Shown here: positions 26,465 to 39,900 of the stretch, piece after piece
Layout: each line of letters opens with the position of its first letter
How positions within the stretch are numbered: the stretch's first letter is position 1
Assembly: GCA_951406725.2 (NCBI GenBank)
Contig: OX597816.1
Coordinates: 12,710,001-12,774,000, forward strand
Direction of reading: 5' to 3'
Length of the DNA: 64,000 bases
Source of the DNA: Octopus vulgaris
Lineage: Eukaryota
The notes under the pieces: model-generated
Database searches by the model: none
Seen by the model: the letters and a program-made list of their open reading frames with translations, nothing else
Told to the model about the DNA's origin: nothing
Program-made: the position numbers and the translations under genes

Positions 26465-29400
26465 TATGCATTAGGTAGGCCATCTCAAGAGAGACACACC
26501 GCAAACTCTTACAGTATATGGAGAACACGGAATCAAGACAGTAGGCCCTATTTGGACGAGAACAAATTAGCAAATGTGAGGAGGGATATCTTTAGAAATA
26601 ACAGACTCACAGACAGTGAAATAAGCGCGATCAAGCACGCAACGGAAAATGACATAAATATAAGACACAAAGGAAATGAAGAATCAGATGAACAGTATAG
26701 CCCGCCACGAGGCTTAATTGAAAGACTGCCATCTGACCAAAGTACGCAAAGGCCTGAAGATACAAGAAATTCTATTGTACCTGTTAAAGATAGCCAGGAA
26801 AACGAAAAAACAACAGTAACTGAAGATCTCGCATTTGCTGAAGAACACAGAGAGTCTATGGCAGAAATGAGGCAGAAAATCCTGAATACGCTTGAAGTTG
26901 TAAGACATACAAGTATGAATGATAGAGAACCACTTCATAAACTCTCAAATTAAACCAAAATAAAAAACAAATCCAAATTGGCAACTATGTAACAAATGAA
27001 ATAATACGAGAATTAAAACCTGATTTTACTGAGTTAAATGAAATTATTTACGCTTCTGCTAGGGCAATTGAAACCAGCTGTATGCCCCCGAAAAAACAAA
27101 GAAAACAAAACCTGGGAAGAAATCAAACCTGGAGAAGTAAAATTGAAAAAGAGATTGAATTTATGAGAGGGGAAATATCAATATTAAATGAACTAATATG
27201 TGGAAATGATGTAAGATCCAGAACAGGAAGAAAGATGAAGAGAAAATTTGGATCCTCACCAAGAGAAGAACTGATATCAATAAAAGAAACGCTGAAACAA
27301 AAAGTCCAAGCAAAAGCCCAAAGAATACGAAGATTTGAGAAGAGAAACAAGTTTTACAAGCAAAATAAGCTGTTCACATCCAATGCCAAAACATTCTACA
27401 GAGAAATAGGGAAGGAGAAAGTAACCGTTAAAGACCCCCCACCCATGGAAGAAGTTCAAAACTTTTGGAAAAGGATTTGGAGTGACAAGAAGACGTACAA
27501 CATAAATGCAGACTGGATTATACAAACTGAAGGATCCTACCAAAATTTACAACAACAAGCATGAGAAGACATCACAATAGCAGACCTAAGAAAGGCACTC
27601 ACGAAGGCCCATAATTGGAAATCCCCCGGTAAAGATAGGGTGCCGAATTTCTGGCTCGCATCGCTCCCATGCGCACACGGTAAGCTAGTTCAGCTGCTCA
27701 ATGGAATTATGAGAGACCCAAAGAAAACACCTGAATGGTTAGCAAGTGGCATTACTTACCTACTCCCAAAGAATAACGAAACCAACCTTCCAAAAAACTA
27801 TCGGCCTATAACCTGTCTATCCACCACGTATAAAATCCTAACATCTATCCTGGCGGAGAAAACATATGCATTCATGGAGAAGAACGATATTTTCCCCATT
27901 GAACAAAAAGGGTGCCGCCGAGGCTCTTACGGATGCAAAGATCAACTGCTAATCAATCGTATGATCCTTGAGAACTGTCACAACAAGCGCAGAAATCTCA
28001 GCACCGCATGGATTGACTATAAAAAGGCCTTCGACAGTATACCGCATCCATGGATCTTGAGATCGCTGGACATCTTCAAAATTTCCCCTGTGATTTCAAA
28101 CTTCCTGAAACACAATATGTCGTTGTGGAATACGAATCTCCAATTATACCACTCTAATGGAGTACTTGCCTCAGAAAATATAAACATCAACTGTGGAATT
28201 TTTCGAGGTGACTCACTTTCACCTTTAATATTCTGCATAGCCCTAATACCCCTTACAAGTGAATTAAACAGAACAGGGTATGGGTATAAAATTGCCAATA
28301 AAAAAATAAGCCATCTATTTTATATGGATGACTTAAAACTTTATGGTAAAGACAATAATGAACTTGAAGGCCTATTGCGCACCGTGAAGGCATTCAGCGA
28401 TGACATCGGGATGGAGTTTGGACTTGAGAAGTGTGCCAAGGCAACTTTCCAGAAAGGGAAAGTGAAGACCACAAATTCAGTCGTGTTAGATGTTGACACA
28501 GTCATAAGAGAGCTTGAGCAAGAACAAACATACAAATATTTAGGGATAAATGAAGGCTCTGGTATTCAGCATGCAAGCATGAAAGAGGAAATCAGGAAGG
28601 AATGTTATAGGAGAGTTCATGCAGTCCTGAGATCTGAACTAAATGCACGTAACAAGGTGTTAGCTCTAAATTCCTTAGCAGTTCCAGTTGTTACTTATAG
28701 CTACAATGTGTTGAACTGGAATATGAGTGAAGTAAAGAATATAGATAGAAAAATACGCAAGCTGCTGAGTTGTAATAGGATGCACCACCCAAAGGCAGAC
28801 GTAGATCGCCTTTACCTTCCCAGAGCCCAAGGAGGTCGAGGCTTGATCCAATTTGAACTAGCTTACAAAACAACCACAATTGGACTGGCAAAATATCTCG
28901 AAATATCGAATGACTGGATGCTAAAGCTCGTGGAAAATCACGAGAGACGAAAGAAGCTTCATTCTATCATAAAGGAAAGCAAAAAATTTGCTATTGATCT
29001 CGTGCAGGATACCCAAACTGAACAACCCGAGGGAAGTACGGCAACTATTGTTGCAAAGAAGGTGAAAATGATGGCAATGAAAAAAGCGCACGAGCAATTG
29101 GCTGATAGGTGGGAGGAGAAACCTCTGCACGGCAAATATGTGACCCGCAGCAAACAAGCTGATGTTGACCAGAAACAAACCCATCAGTGGCTACGGAGCT
29201 CAGGGCTAAAAGCAGAGAGCGAAGGTTTCATCCTGGCTGCTCAAGATCAAAGCCTATTAACTCGGAACTACCAGGCCAATGTGATGAAAAATGGAGCAGA
29301 CCCAAAATGCCGATTCTGCAACGACATGATTGAAACAGTGGACCACCTAATCTCTGGATGTAAAGTCTTAGCACCAGTGGAGTATAAATTAAGACATGAC

Positions 29401-30048
29401 AGAGTTGGCCAATATCTCCACTGGCTAATAAGTCGGCATTACAATATCAAAACTGCCGGCAAGTGGTATAATCACCACCCTGAGGCTGTAACTGAAGGAG
29501 AAAATGTAACCATTCTGTGGGACTTTCCAGTACATACAGACCGAACCATCAAGGCCAATAAACCAGATATTGTTGTGAAAGACCAAAACAATAAAGTTTG
29601 CTTATTGATCGACATGAGCATCCCCTGTGATCATAATATCTCAGCGAAAGAGTTTGACAAGCTCAGAAAATATAAAGACCTACTCATTGAAATTGAGAAA
29701 ATGTGGCATCTCAAGGCGGTTACAATACCAGTGATCGTAGGAGCACTAGGAATGATCAAGAAGGGAACCGAAAATTATATGAGAATGATCCCTGGCTTAC
29801 CATCCCTGCAAGAAGTGCAAAAGATTGTCTTAACTGGTACATCACACGTATTGAGAAGAGCATTGTCGATGTGAGAACTGTTGCTGCTCATGTATTTTAA
29901 TTTAACTTTAAAAAAAAAAAAATTAAAAAAATGAACGAACTACTGAGTTTGGTTTAATGGCCTACCAATGTATACTATGAGTTTCTTTGCCCTAGGAGTC
30001 GGGAAGACACTCGGCAAGAAATGATAACAAATTTGAAAGAAGAAAAAA

Positions 30049-30051
<3 letters not shown>
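26464..30051 (+). mobile_element. R4/Dong-like RLE non-LTR retrotransposon, 5'-truncated, inserted in (AAT)n
   Basis: Single ancestral ORF broken by a frameshift near 26950 and an in-frame TGA at 27562; AAT repeats on both sides; 3' UTR hairpin TTTCTTTGCC..GGCAAGAAA. Confidence 0.93.
27640..29874 (+). pseudogene. Reverse transcriptase, CCHC finger and restriction-like endonuclease (744-aa open remainder of the LINE ORF)
   Basis: YRPITC, WIDYKKAFDS, GIF(R)GDSLSP, LFYMDDLK, YKYLG, CRFC..ETVDHLISGC, RHD, KPDIVV..D..K..KY. Confidence 0.93.
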
Positions 30052-30079
<28 letters not shown>

Positions 30080-30260
30080 TCGAAAAATAACTTGGAATGA
30101 GAATCCAGGTTCGAAATTTCCCCAAGATATCTGATGAGAGCTGGAGTGTCTATCAGCCGAAACGATGAGTTAACAACAAACAAGATGAGGACAAAATCTG
30201 TCAAAATGTAACTAATGTAAATAATGTACATAATTCCTCATCTCTTAAATATGGAACTGG
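30052..30260 (+). mobile_element. (AAT)n/hammerhead half of the module; inverted partner of 26098-26399
   Basis: CATCGAAAAATA..TTCCCCAAGATAT-CTGATGA-GAGCTG..CAGCC-GAAACGAT-GAGTT..AAATAT.GAACT; HHR at 30126-30171 with GUU changed to GAU. Confidence 0.8.
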
Positions 30261-31703
30261 ATGAGAAGAAAATCAATCCTAGAAGACAAAAGAGGTCGAA
30301 ATGCAAGTTGGCATTCTCAGGTGACTGATCTGTTAAAATTATTGATGAAAAATAAGGATTAAAATCAATGTAAGAAAAACAAACGAATTTATCTGACAAC
30401 CCAACGCGTGTGTATATGTATGTGTGTCTGTATGTATGTATGTGTGGGGGTATACATTCATGCATACATACATACATGCATACATTTATACATACATACA
30501 TATACCCTTACACGTATATGGCAACCATTGTGACATTCTTGAAATCATAGCTGTACGCATGCGTCGTTGTCTGTGCGAGTGTATGTTTCTATGCGAGATA
30601 ACAACACGGATGCACAGAAATGGACGCACGTGCGAATTCATGTAGCAATTCATGTAGCAAGATGTAACAAGCCTCAGCATCCAGTTGTGTATTAATGTAC
30701 ATGTAGGATGACAGAAATCGCAAAAGTTTAGTAGGTAAAAATATACGAAGTCCAGGATTTTAGATTAAAACAAGATGGTCGCATATTTGGAAAGTTACGA
30801 TGCAGTAAAAATGTTCCGGCATTTTAAAATCACAAAATTATAGAAAAAATAACACGAAATGTTAAACTGAACGATGAATACAAAATATCAAATGCAAATT
30901 ACAATGCTGTACTATTATAAAATTCTAAATTTATAAAATTATTGTATTATCAAATTTGAAAGAATGAAATTATTAAATTATCAAATTTAAAATTCATGAA
31001 TTAAAAGATTATGAAGTATGAAATTATAAAATTATAGAATTTTCAAATTATAGAATAGGAGAATTTTCAAATTATAGAATAGGAGAATTTTAAATGTGTG
31101 CGTGTTAGGGTTCTGGAAAATGAGAGAATTATGATGGTAATATGTGTGGAGGGTCACAAACGCTTAGCGATTAAGGGAGAGATATGATTCTATGTGGAAA
31201 CGATTCAACGCAGTGTGTTGTCTTTTAAATAGGCCTGGTGTAATTTTGTGTAGTGCTGTCATATAACAGACGAGGAAAAAGCCCCCCGTCCTTGGACGGT
31301 GCTGAGTTCTCAAACATTTAAACCAAATTTAACCTAACTTTGAGACACCAGCAAAAGAAGAAATAAGGATAGAATTTTTTTCTATTCCAAAGAAAAACGG
31401 TTTTATTCACACAAATATGCAAACGAATAGTTTAAAGTACCAGTAATGATAAGGCTGTTGACTGGGAGGACACAAACATGGTTTAAACAGTAAGCTTGGC
31501 AGGAAAGAAACGTGTCTTTAAGCAGTACAAAAACAACAAAAAATGGAAGGTGCATTTATGCACAGGCTGACGGAAGAAATGCAGGACAAAAACGGCTTTA
31601 TAGGTCGCATTCTCACCTGGAATCGATTTTTGTAATTTTTTCAAGACTTATACACGCCCTGATACCGTCGGTATCTACATATCAAATTTGAGCGCAATCG
31701 GAT

Positions 31704-31935
31704 GGAGGATTTTAGCACAAGACCAAAGCCTCCCTACCAGAAATCACCAAAAACATATAATGAAAAGAAACATAACAAGTAACTGCAGATTATGTGGAGA
31801 TGGACAAGAAAAAATAAATCATATTATCTCTGGCTGCCCAGTCCTGGCTAAGAAGGAATATATTCACAGACACGACAGAGTTGGAACCTACATACACTGG
31901 AAGCTATGCCAACACTATGGAATAACAACAGAAGA
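31704..31935 (+). pseudogene. Internal fragment of a second R4/Dong-like LINE (CCHC and RHD region)
   Basis: AQDQSLPTRN..CRLC....EKINHIISGCPVLA..YIHRHDRVG.YIHW aligns by eye to 29236-29450. Confidence 0.88.
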
Positions 31936-31946
31936 CACACACACAG

Positions 31947-32005
<59 letters not shown>

Positions 32006-32655
32006 TCCTAGAAGACACACACACACATACACAGACAGAACAGATTTTATATAATAGACTAGATAGCATCAGTTGCTTTTAGTTAAATTTGAAGCGTTTT
32101 CAAAAGGTAACTTAGTATATACAGGGGAAAATAGTTCGAATTTTGCGTTTTGGTCAGCCAGGGGTGGATCAATGTAAAGAATTTGTCTCTGGTGCAAATC
32201 AATAACGAAAGATTCTATTGTGTTCTGGTGCATGAGCTTACATTTGATGTTATATCTCAGGCATTTTGGCGTCTTTAAGGACAAAATATATTTGAAAAAG
32301 CTTTTCTTTTCTTTCTGAAAGAACGGATGTAATGGTGGATCCTTAGATTTCCAGCTGTTCTTCGTCAGGGCAATAAAAGCTATGCATATATTGTTATTCT
32401 CGACAAAGGTATTTTTACTCGGTGTATCGCAGATTTTGGAGTGAAGCATAGAACAATTATGGAGATTGCTACAGATCTAGTTTATCCTGGATTTTCGTTA
32501 TTCTTGACTGATAGGCATTTGGTATTGATTTAGTCATTTGTCTGGTGAAGCTATATGTGCAGCGATAACTGTGTTTAACAGTTCCCGTTGAATATCAGAT
32601 GGTCATGGATTATTATACGAAAATAGCAAGTGCACGCGCACAGGACAACTATGTA

Positions 32656-32699
<44 letters not shown>

Positions 32700-32798
32700 T
32701 CATATGTATCTATGCATATATATATACATACATACATGTATATATATAGATATAGATATGTATATTTGTATATATGTATATAAGTATGTATGTACATT

Positions 32799-32837
<39 letters not shown>

Positions 32838-32953
32838 ATACATATATATATGGATAGTGGGATAAATCGATAGTTAGATATGCATACACATATATGTGCA
32901 TATATGATATGTATGTATATATTTATATATGCATAAATACATATACAGTATAT

Positions 32954-32999
<46 letters not shown>

Positions 33000-33082
33000 G
33001 TATATATATTTGTATATACACATATATATATTTCTGCACACACACACACACATACACATATATATATATACATACATATATA

Positions 33083-33113
<31 letters not shown>

Positions 33114-33334
33114 GTGTATGTATGTATGTATGTATGTATGATACTCTTGAATATTTACGTTTTGATATCAATTGAGACACGTGTATTGATCGATGTTTTA
33201 ACAATTCACTTGTTTCTCTGCTCCATTGAACTTGTTGAAGTGTTAGCTGAACAAATTGGTTCATGTTAGTGGCCGACAACTACTTGATTACAGCGAGTTG
33301 TGCAATATATCCTTTTAGAAGCACAGACGAATAT

Positions 33335-33365
<31 letters not shown>

Positions 33366-33514
33366 ACGGAGAGAAGAGAGAGATAATTCACGGTGATAGC
33401 AGAAGATAATGCAGAGGAAAGAAGAGAGAGACAAGAGGTGTTGGTAAGACGGAAGTGAAAATGATAGTAAATGAAATAATATGTTAAAAACAAGCACAAC
33501 TAATAAACATTTTA

Positions 33515-34070
33515 AATTTTGCCACAGGGGCAGCTTGAGGGAGGTGGAGAAGAATCGATTACATCGACCCCAGTGCGTAACTGGTACTTATTTCATCGAC
33601 CTCGGAAGGATGAATGTCAAAGTCAACGTCACGGAATTTGAATTCGGAACGTAGCGACGAGCGAAATACCTATTTCTTTACTACCCACAAGGGGCTAAAC
33701 ACAGAGAGGACAAACAAGGACAGACAAATGGATTAAGTCGATTATATCGACCCCAGTGCGTAACTGGTACTTATATAATCAACCCCTAAAGAATGAAAGG
33801 CAAAGTCGACCTCGGCGGAATTTGAACTCAGATCGTAATGGCAGTTCATAATAATAATCCTTTCTACTATTGGCTCAAAGCCGGAAATTTGGGGTGAGGG
33901 GATGAGTCTATTAGATCGACCCTAGTACGCAAATGGTACTTAATTTATCGACCCCGAAAGGATGGACGGCAAAGTGAACCTCACGGAATTTGAATTCGGA
34001 TCGTAGCGACGGGCGAAATACCATTAAGCATTTTGTCCAACGTGCTAAAGATTCTGCCGGCTCACCGCTA
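33515..34070 (-). mobile_element. Cluster of SINE family B units (dimer plus monomer)
   Basis: Three repeats of ATCGACCC.AGT.CG.AA.TGGTACTTA and GGAATTTGAA.TC.GA. Confidence 0.85.
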
Positions 34071-34354
34071 TTAAATAAAACTAATAATATTAGTAACGTT
34101 GTTGAATTTGGGCATAGTGCCAGTAGTTTGAAGGTAAGGGATAGGTTGACTATATCGTCTCCAGTGCCGAATTGGTAATGGTTTTGTTGATCCCGGGAGA
34201 ATGAAATGTATGAACATGAACAAAGGGCTGTGATAGAAAATAAGAATTTCAGAATTCTGAGAATCTGATGAGATTTTCCATTGAAGACTGACCATACCAT
34301 TGAAGTACGAAGATGAGAAATGTTTATAGAGGACAAAACAACAAACTATGGAAA

Positions 34355-34611
34355 TACAGTTCTATGTTAAAAGTTGAGGAATTATGTACATTATTTACGA
34401 TATTTACATTTGACGGATATTTTTCCTCATCATGTTTCTTGTTAACACAACGTTTCAGCTGATATACCCTCCAGGCTTCATCAGGTGTCTTGGGGAAATT
34501 TTGAACCTGGGTTCTCATTACTAAGGTTCGCATTCTACGGGCATATGGCGTACTGGTTAAGAGCGCGGGCTACTTACCCCAAGATTCCAAGTTCGATTCC
34601 AGGCAGTGACT

Positions 34612-34708
<97 letters not shown>

Positions 34709-34787
34709 TGATAATAATAATAATAATAATAATGATAATAATAATAATAATAATAATAACAACAACAATATCGAAAAATACCTTAGG
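34355..34787. mobile_element. Inverted pair of the tRNA/AAT/HHR module
   Basis: HHR half on minus (34355-34527) lies back-to-back with tRNA head, (AAT)n and ATCGAAAAATACCTTAGG on plus (34539-34787). Confidence 0.82.
34444..34489 (-). ncRNA. Minimal type I hammerhead motif (best-preserved stems I and III)
   Basis: GACAC-CUGAUGA-AGCCUGGAGGGUAUAUCAGCU-GAAAC-GUU-GUGUU; palindromic AACGUU stem III. Confidence 0.72.
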
Positions 34788-35345
34788 TGAGGATGATGAA
34801 GATGATGATGATGATGATGATGATAATTGTGATGATGATGATGATTTTGACGATGATGATGATAATGATGATGGTGATGATGGTGATGATGATGATGAGG
34901 AGGGGGATGGTGATGAAGACGACAATAAAAATAGCCAACTTGTTTTAGTTTTCTCGCTAGCGTCTAAAATTGCATAACTTTTTGAATTATCAAAACGATA
35001 ATTATCACCATTTAATGTGATGTTTTCCTTTTCATTTGTTTTTACCATCCGATTAATTACAAGATTAATCATGTAAAAATACATTGGGATTCGAAAGAGT
35101 TATAATCAACATCTTCATCATCATCATCATCATAGCCGTCGCCAACATCATCGTCATCATCTTTGACATGAAGAACATCACCATCGTCGGTTGTCGTCGT
35201 CATAGCCATTGTCATCGCCGTTTACATTGTCATTGTTGTTATTTCCGTACCGAGAAGACACCGTTCTAATAATTTGATTTCTTTTTTAAATTGTTTCACT
35301 GTTTTTAAAAAGCCTACCGTGAAAAATAAACAGGTTTGTTCTTTT

Positions 35346-35770
35346 ACGAGATCTGATCAATAAGTATCCGCTCTGTCGCCATAGTAACGAAGCTACAAGC
35401 TCGCAGAGTAAAGCTGCTTGGCAAAGATTGACCATAAGCTCTGCTATGCATGCGCATTAAGTTTTAAGATTCTCGCTCACTTCCGCTGTCTACAACACAG
35501 CTTGGAATGAAGGTGTGTAGCGTGTGATCGTCGCATTAATCATGACAAAGTTGTCATGGCGATTCCTGTTCAGGGGCCTATGTGAAGTTGCAGAAAGTGT
35601 CTGGAGAGGAGTGTGTAAGGTACAAACAAGAGTACAGGGGGGTTCATATGGTTCCAAGATGGCCAAAAAAGTTGATATTGACGAACGTTCTGGGAGACCC
35701 GCAACCAGCAGAACTGTAAAAAAAAACATCGCAGATGTGCTTGCAGCCGTGAGGGGAAATCGTCGAATAT
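35346..35770 (+). mobile_element. mariner 5' remnant
   Basis: TA-CGAGATCTGATCAATAAGTATCCG TIR-like start; DERSGRPATSRT..NRRI N-terminal motif. Confidence 0.75.
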
Positions 35771-35774
35771 ATAT

Positions 35775-36106
35775 TTAAATATATATGAGCATATCTAGAT
35801 ATACAACTATATGCATGAGAATACATACTCTTTTACTCTTTTACTTGTTTCAGTCATTTGACTGCGGCCATGCTGGAGCACCGCCTTTAGTCGAGCATAT
35901 CGACCCCGGGACTTAGTCTTTGTAAGCCTAGTACTTATTCTATCGGTGTCTTTTGCCGAACCGCTAAGTGACGGGGACGTAAACACACCAGCATTGGTTG
36001 TCAAGCAATGCTAGGGGGACAAACACAGACACACAAACACACACATGCATATACATATATATATATATATATATACACATATATATACGATATGTATATA
36101 TATATG

Positions 36107-36143
<37 letters not shown>

Positions 36144-36500
36144 GTATATACATATATATACGACAGGCTTCTTTCAGTTTCCGTCTACCAAATCCACTCA
36201 CAAGGTATTGGTCGGCCCGGGGCTATAGCAGAAGACACTTGCCCAAGATACCACGCAGTGGGACTGAACCCAGAACCATGTGGTTGGTTAACAAGCTACT
36301 TACCACACAGCCACTCCTGCGCCTATACATGAAACAAAACATACAAATCTGCACATATAAATGCATACATACATACATACATACATACATACAAAAATAC
36401 CCTGTTGTTGATGTTGAAATCCCAATAAAGGATCTAAATGAGAAACTGTCTCTTTCTCTTTTGGCCAGATATCCTGGATTAAAACTGAATAATGACATAC
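35775..36500 (+). mobile_element. CATA-associated repeat (family F) interrupted by a SINE A
   Basis: Flanks of the SINE match 49215-49430. Confidence 0.75.
35826..36324 (-). mobile_element. SINE family A, full length
   Basis: Matches 13128-13545. Confidence 0.92.
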
Positions 36501-36567
36501 ATACTTACATTCATAGATACATATACACATACATACTTCATACATGCCTACATATCTACATATATAA

Positions 36568-36600
<33 letters not shown>

Positions 36601-36637
36601 TACGTACATGCATACGTATACAAGAATACTACATATA

Positions 36638-36921
36638 AAGTTGCGGCCAAAATGTTCAGAACGACATTGTTTTCGTCAGAAAAGTAGATATATTTTTTTA
36701 TCAAAGTTGTTTTATATTCTATAATGGGTTTTGCAGTAAATCACTAAATCATCCATAACTTTTGTATTATCCTCTCAAATTACACCAAAATCTCAGACAA
36801 TAACAATTGATATTGTATTTATTGTCTGTGAAAATTATAGAATATAAAACAACTTTGATAAAAACTTATAACTACTTTTCTGACGAAAACAATGCCGTTC
36901 TGAACATTTTGGCTGCAACTG
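36638..36921. mobile_element. Tc1/mariner-type MITE
   Basis: ~85-bp TIRs AGTTGC(G/A)GCCAAAATGTTCAGAACG..; TA on both sides. Confidence 0.85.
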
Positions 36922-39900
36922 TATGTATATTCAATTTTGGGAGATTAATCGATATGCGGGTATTCTATTTCGGATAATACAAAATAACCTAATAAGTATA
37001 TCTTACAGTAAACCCATGGTATCAGTTTGCACATCACGAAATAATACTTAAATGATATAACCAAAATTGCCAGCTGGGCATATAATGTACTTCATTATTT
37101 ATATCATACTTTAGTTAATACTTATATTTATTAAATATGAAGGAACTACACGTGTTATATATATATGCTTGTATGTACACGCACAAACGGACATACACAT
37201 CTCAAGTCAAGTAATAAGTTTACGTTATAATAAAGGTTACTAATGAAACAATTGTAGTAATACCAGGCAACTCATCCGTCTGTCTTTATTAAATGTGTCT
37301 GTGTGAGAATGTGTCAGTGTGTGCCAGTGCGTGTGTGTGAGTATGTGTGTGTGTATGTGAGTGTACGTGTGTGAGTGTGTGCGCGTTTGGGGAGAGTGTG
37401 TGTATGTGTGTTTATGTGTGTGCGTGTGTGTGTGTGTATCAAGAGAGTCAAAGAGAGAGATAGAAGCCAGAGGCAGACATACACACATACAGAGACACTG
37501 ACCGAGAGTCAGATAAGTACACCACAGATAAATAGATTTTACATTCACTCACAATTCTACACCTCTCTCTACATCCTCACGCATATGCGAACGGATATAG
37601 CCACATAAATACATACGTGTATTCCTGTACGTAAACTAATGATAAAATGCCTGAACCAGATGATGGTTAATTTTGGCTTGCTAATTTCGTTTGTGTCTAA
37701 ATTCAGCAAGTGTACCATTAATTAATCATAATTTTGGCTGTAACATATGATGCTGCTTAATTTTTTAAGCATTCATCTCTCCAGAAATTCAATTAACATC
37801 CAGCTCATGGCCACTTATACGTAGATGTATGCCTATGTCAAATTATTTTGGACTAATCACAATGATATTTGGAGAAAGCTCCATTGGTGGAACACAAGAA
37901 TGGAACGAAGCGAAAATATATTTTTGTTCTTTCGACTTAGCTCATTGCTGGTTGAGGTGACATTCAATCAAACGTACGTTCCAGATACGACCATCCTGAC
38001 GTTTTATAGAACTAGTAATGTCTTGGCCAATGCGTTTTCTGTTGTTTTGTTTTTTAGACAGTCGCTAGGTTGAAATATAATGAGATTTTCCTGTAGCTTT
38101 TAAAGAACCAAGAAATAATATAGAAGCTCTTTCATTGGCCTATTTTTGTTCCTGTTATTGTTGTTTGGCACGTGGTCAATAGTGAGCAGAGACATCTATA
38201 ATCAAATGTATTCCCTTATCGACCGTTTCATTTTTCTTCTGAAGTAAAGTACTGTCGCTGGATCCATAGGGTCGGTTACCTGGTTTCCATGGCGCATGTC
38301 TGGCCGAGATTACAATAATCCTTCTCAACGGGAGACCAGTTCATTCCAGGAATACTTATCTTCAGATGAGTTGACTGGAGCAACGTGAAATGAAGTGCTT
38401 TGCTCAAGAACACAATGCACAGCCCAGTCCATAAGTTGAAACCACGATTTTGCCATCAAAGTGGCAACAGGCAACACCCTAACCACTACGTCTTCTGCCT
38501 TTTTTAAGAAGTATGTTGGGTCACCCGCTCGGACGTGTTTTATCATATTTAAGACGGCAGGGTATACTTTCAGAAAATTTTTATTTCAGAAAGCTGTTAT
38601 TTCTAGCAATTTGAGTGTCCACTTGCAGAAGTTCTTCCCAGCCTTTTTTCCTACCAAGTATCCCTTTATAATTGAATAAAGATTTTCTATGAATTACAGG
38701 CTTTGAAACGCCTGACCACTCAATCTTTGAATTCAACCCACGTCCTCCTCAATCGTTTTCTTTGTGGGGTTAAAGTTGTATAAATTTCGACTGCCTTCGT
38801 TTACTTCTGAATTGTTCAACGGTGGTGCTGCTCCAGCATGACTGCAGCATTAACACTGAAGCACATTAAAGAATTAAAGAAAATAATGTAATCCTGTTTC
38901 ATGACTGTTGGTGTTGATGGAAATGGTTGTGGTGCTGATGTGTGCCAATATCAAAAGGAGTGTTTGTTGAAGTGCTTACATTTGTTAATAGTTTCCGATC
39001 TAGTGTTTTAGCTTGCATTAAAGGTTCTTCTATTCCAGATTAAAAACGTTTTTCTGAAATGAGCATATTTCGCACTGCCTGGTTCAGTTTATTTATTATT
39101 TCACCTTAGATTCTGTAGATGATGTTCGTGTTCCAGAGCAAAACAAATATCGTGACACACGAATACGACAAACACGTTTCACCTTTGTTGAAGCTAGTCA
39201 ATGCTGGACACACGATTGTCAACTGCTTAAACTGAGTTCGTGCCTCAATTTCTGCTTAAGTGGTTGACATTCAGGTTTATTAAATGTTTCAGTTGCGTTT
39301 GACATATTTTTCAAGAACTTGGAGTAAGTTTGAAATAACAAATTAAAATTTCGTTAATTTCTTTATTGCTAAAGACTGTTGCTTTTAGTATTAAAAGCAG
39401 AATAGGTAACATTATGCATTTGGTTGTATTACGATATCAGGTTTGTACAAAGAATATGAAATTTAAGTGCTTTAGTCCATGAGACAGTAAAGCGCTCCTA
39501 GGATGACATTTTGGTTATAAGTTTCGTAACCTATAAATTGAGCTTTTATAGTCTAGGTGAATGCAAATGTTTTACTTAAATAAGGCCACTGAAAGAATGA
39601 ATTATAATCAATCAAAAACTTAGAAATACCATAATCATGAGTGTGATGGAAAGACAAGTAGCTTGTGCTTTTTAAAGTATGGGCTTCATATTCTTATCAT
39701 TAATTAAATTGATCTTGAAGTAATCAATATATATATAAGACATGGGACCAAACGAAGAGGAGAATTTTACAGACAGATTATATTAGGTGAAGTAAAATGA
39801 GTAAATTAAATATTCGTAATTGAATAGAAATTGGCAATTAAAATATTGACATCTTAATTGTGCCAAATTGATACATGAGTGATTTCGTGTTGCTGTCAGT

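Noticed and set aside
27562-27564. In-frame TGA in the LINE ORF as programmed readthrough
   Set aside because: A TGG-to-TGA mutation is simpler, and the same copy also has a frameshift and an RT motif lesion.
34539-34613. tRNA gene with ACT anticodon
   Set aside because: T-arm and acceptor pairing are imperfect, copies differ, and it is always fused to AAT and the HHR module; treated as a tRNA-derived head.
39500-39545. SECIS-like ATGA-N12-AAG...GA
   Set aside because: Helix II needs a bulge and no selenoprotein ORF is visible.
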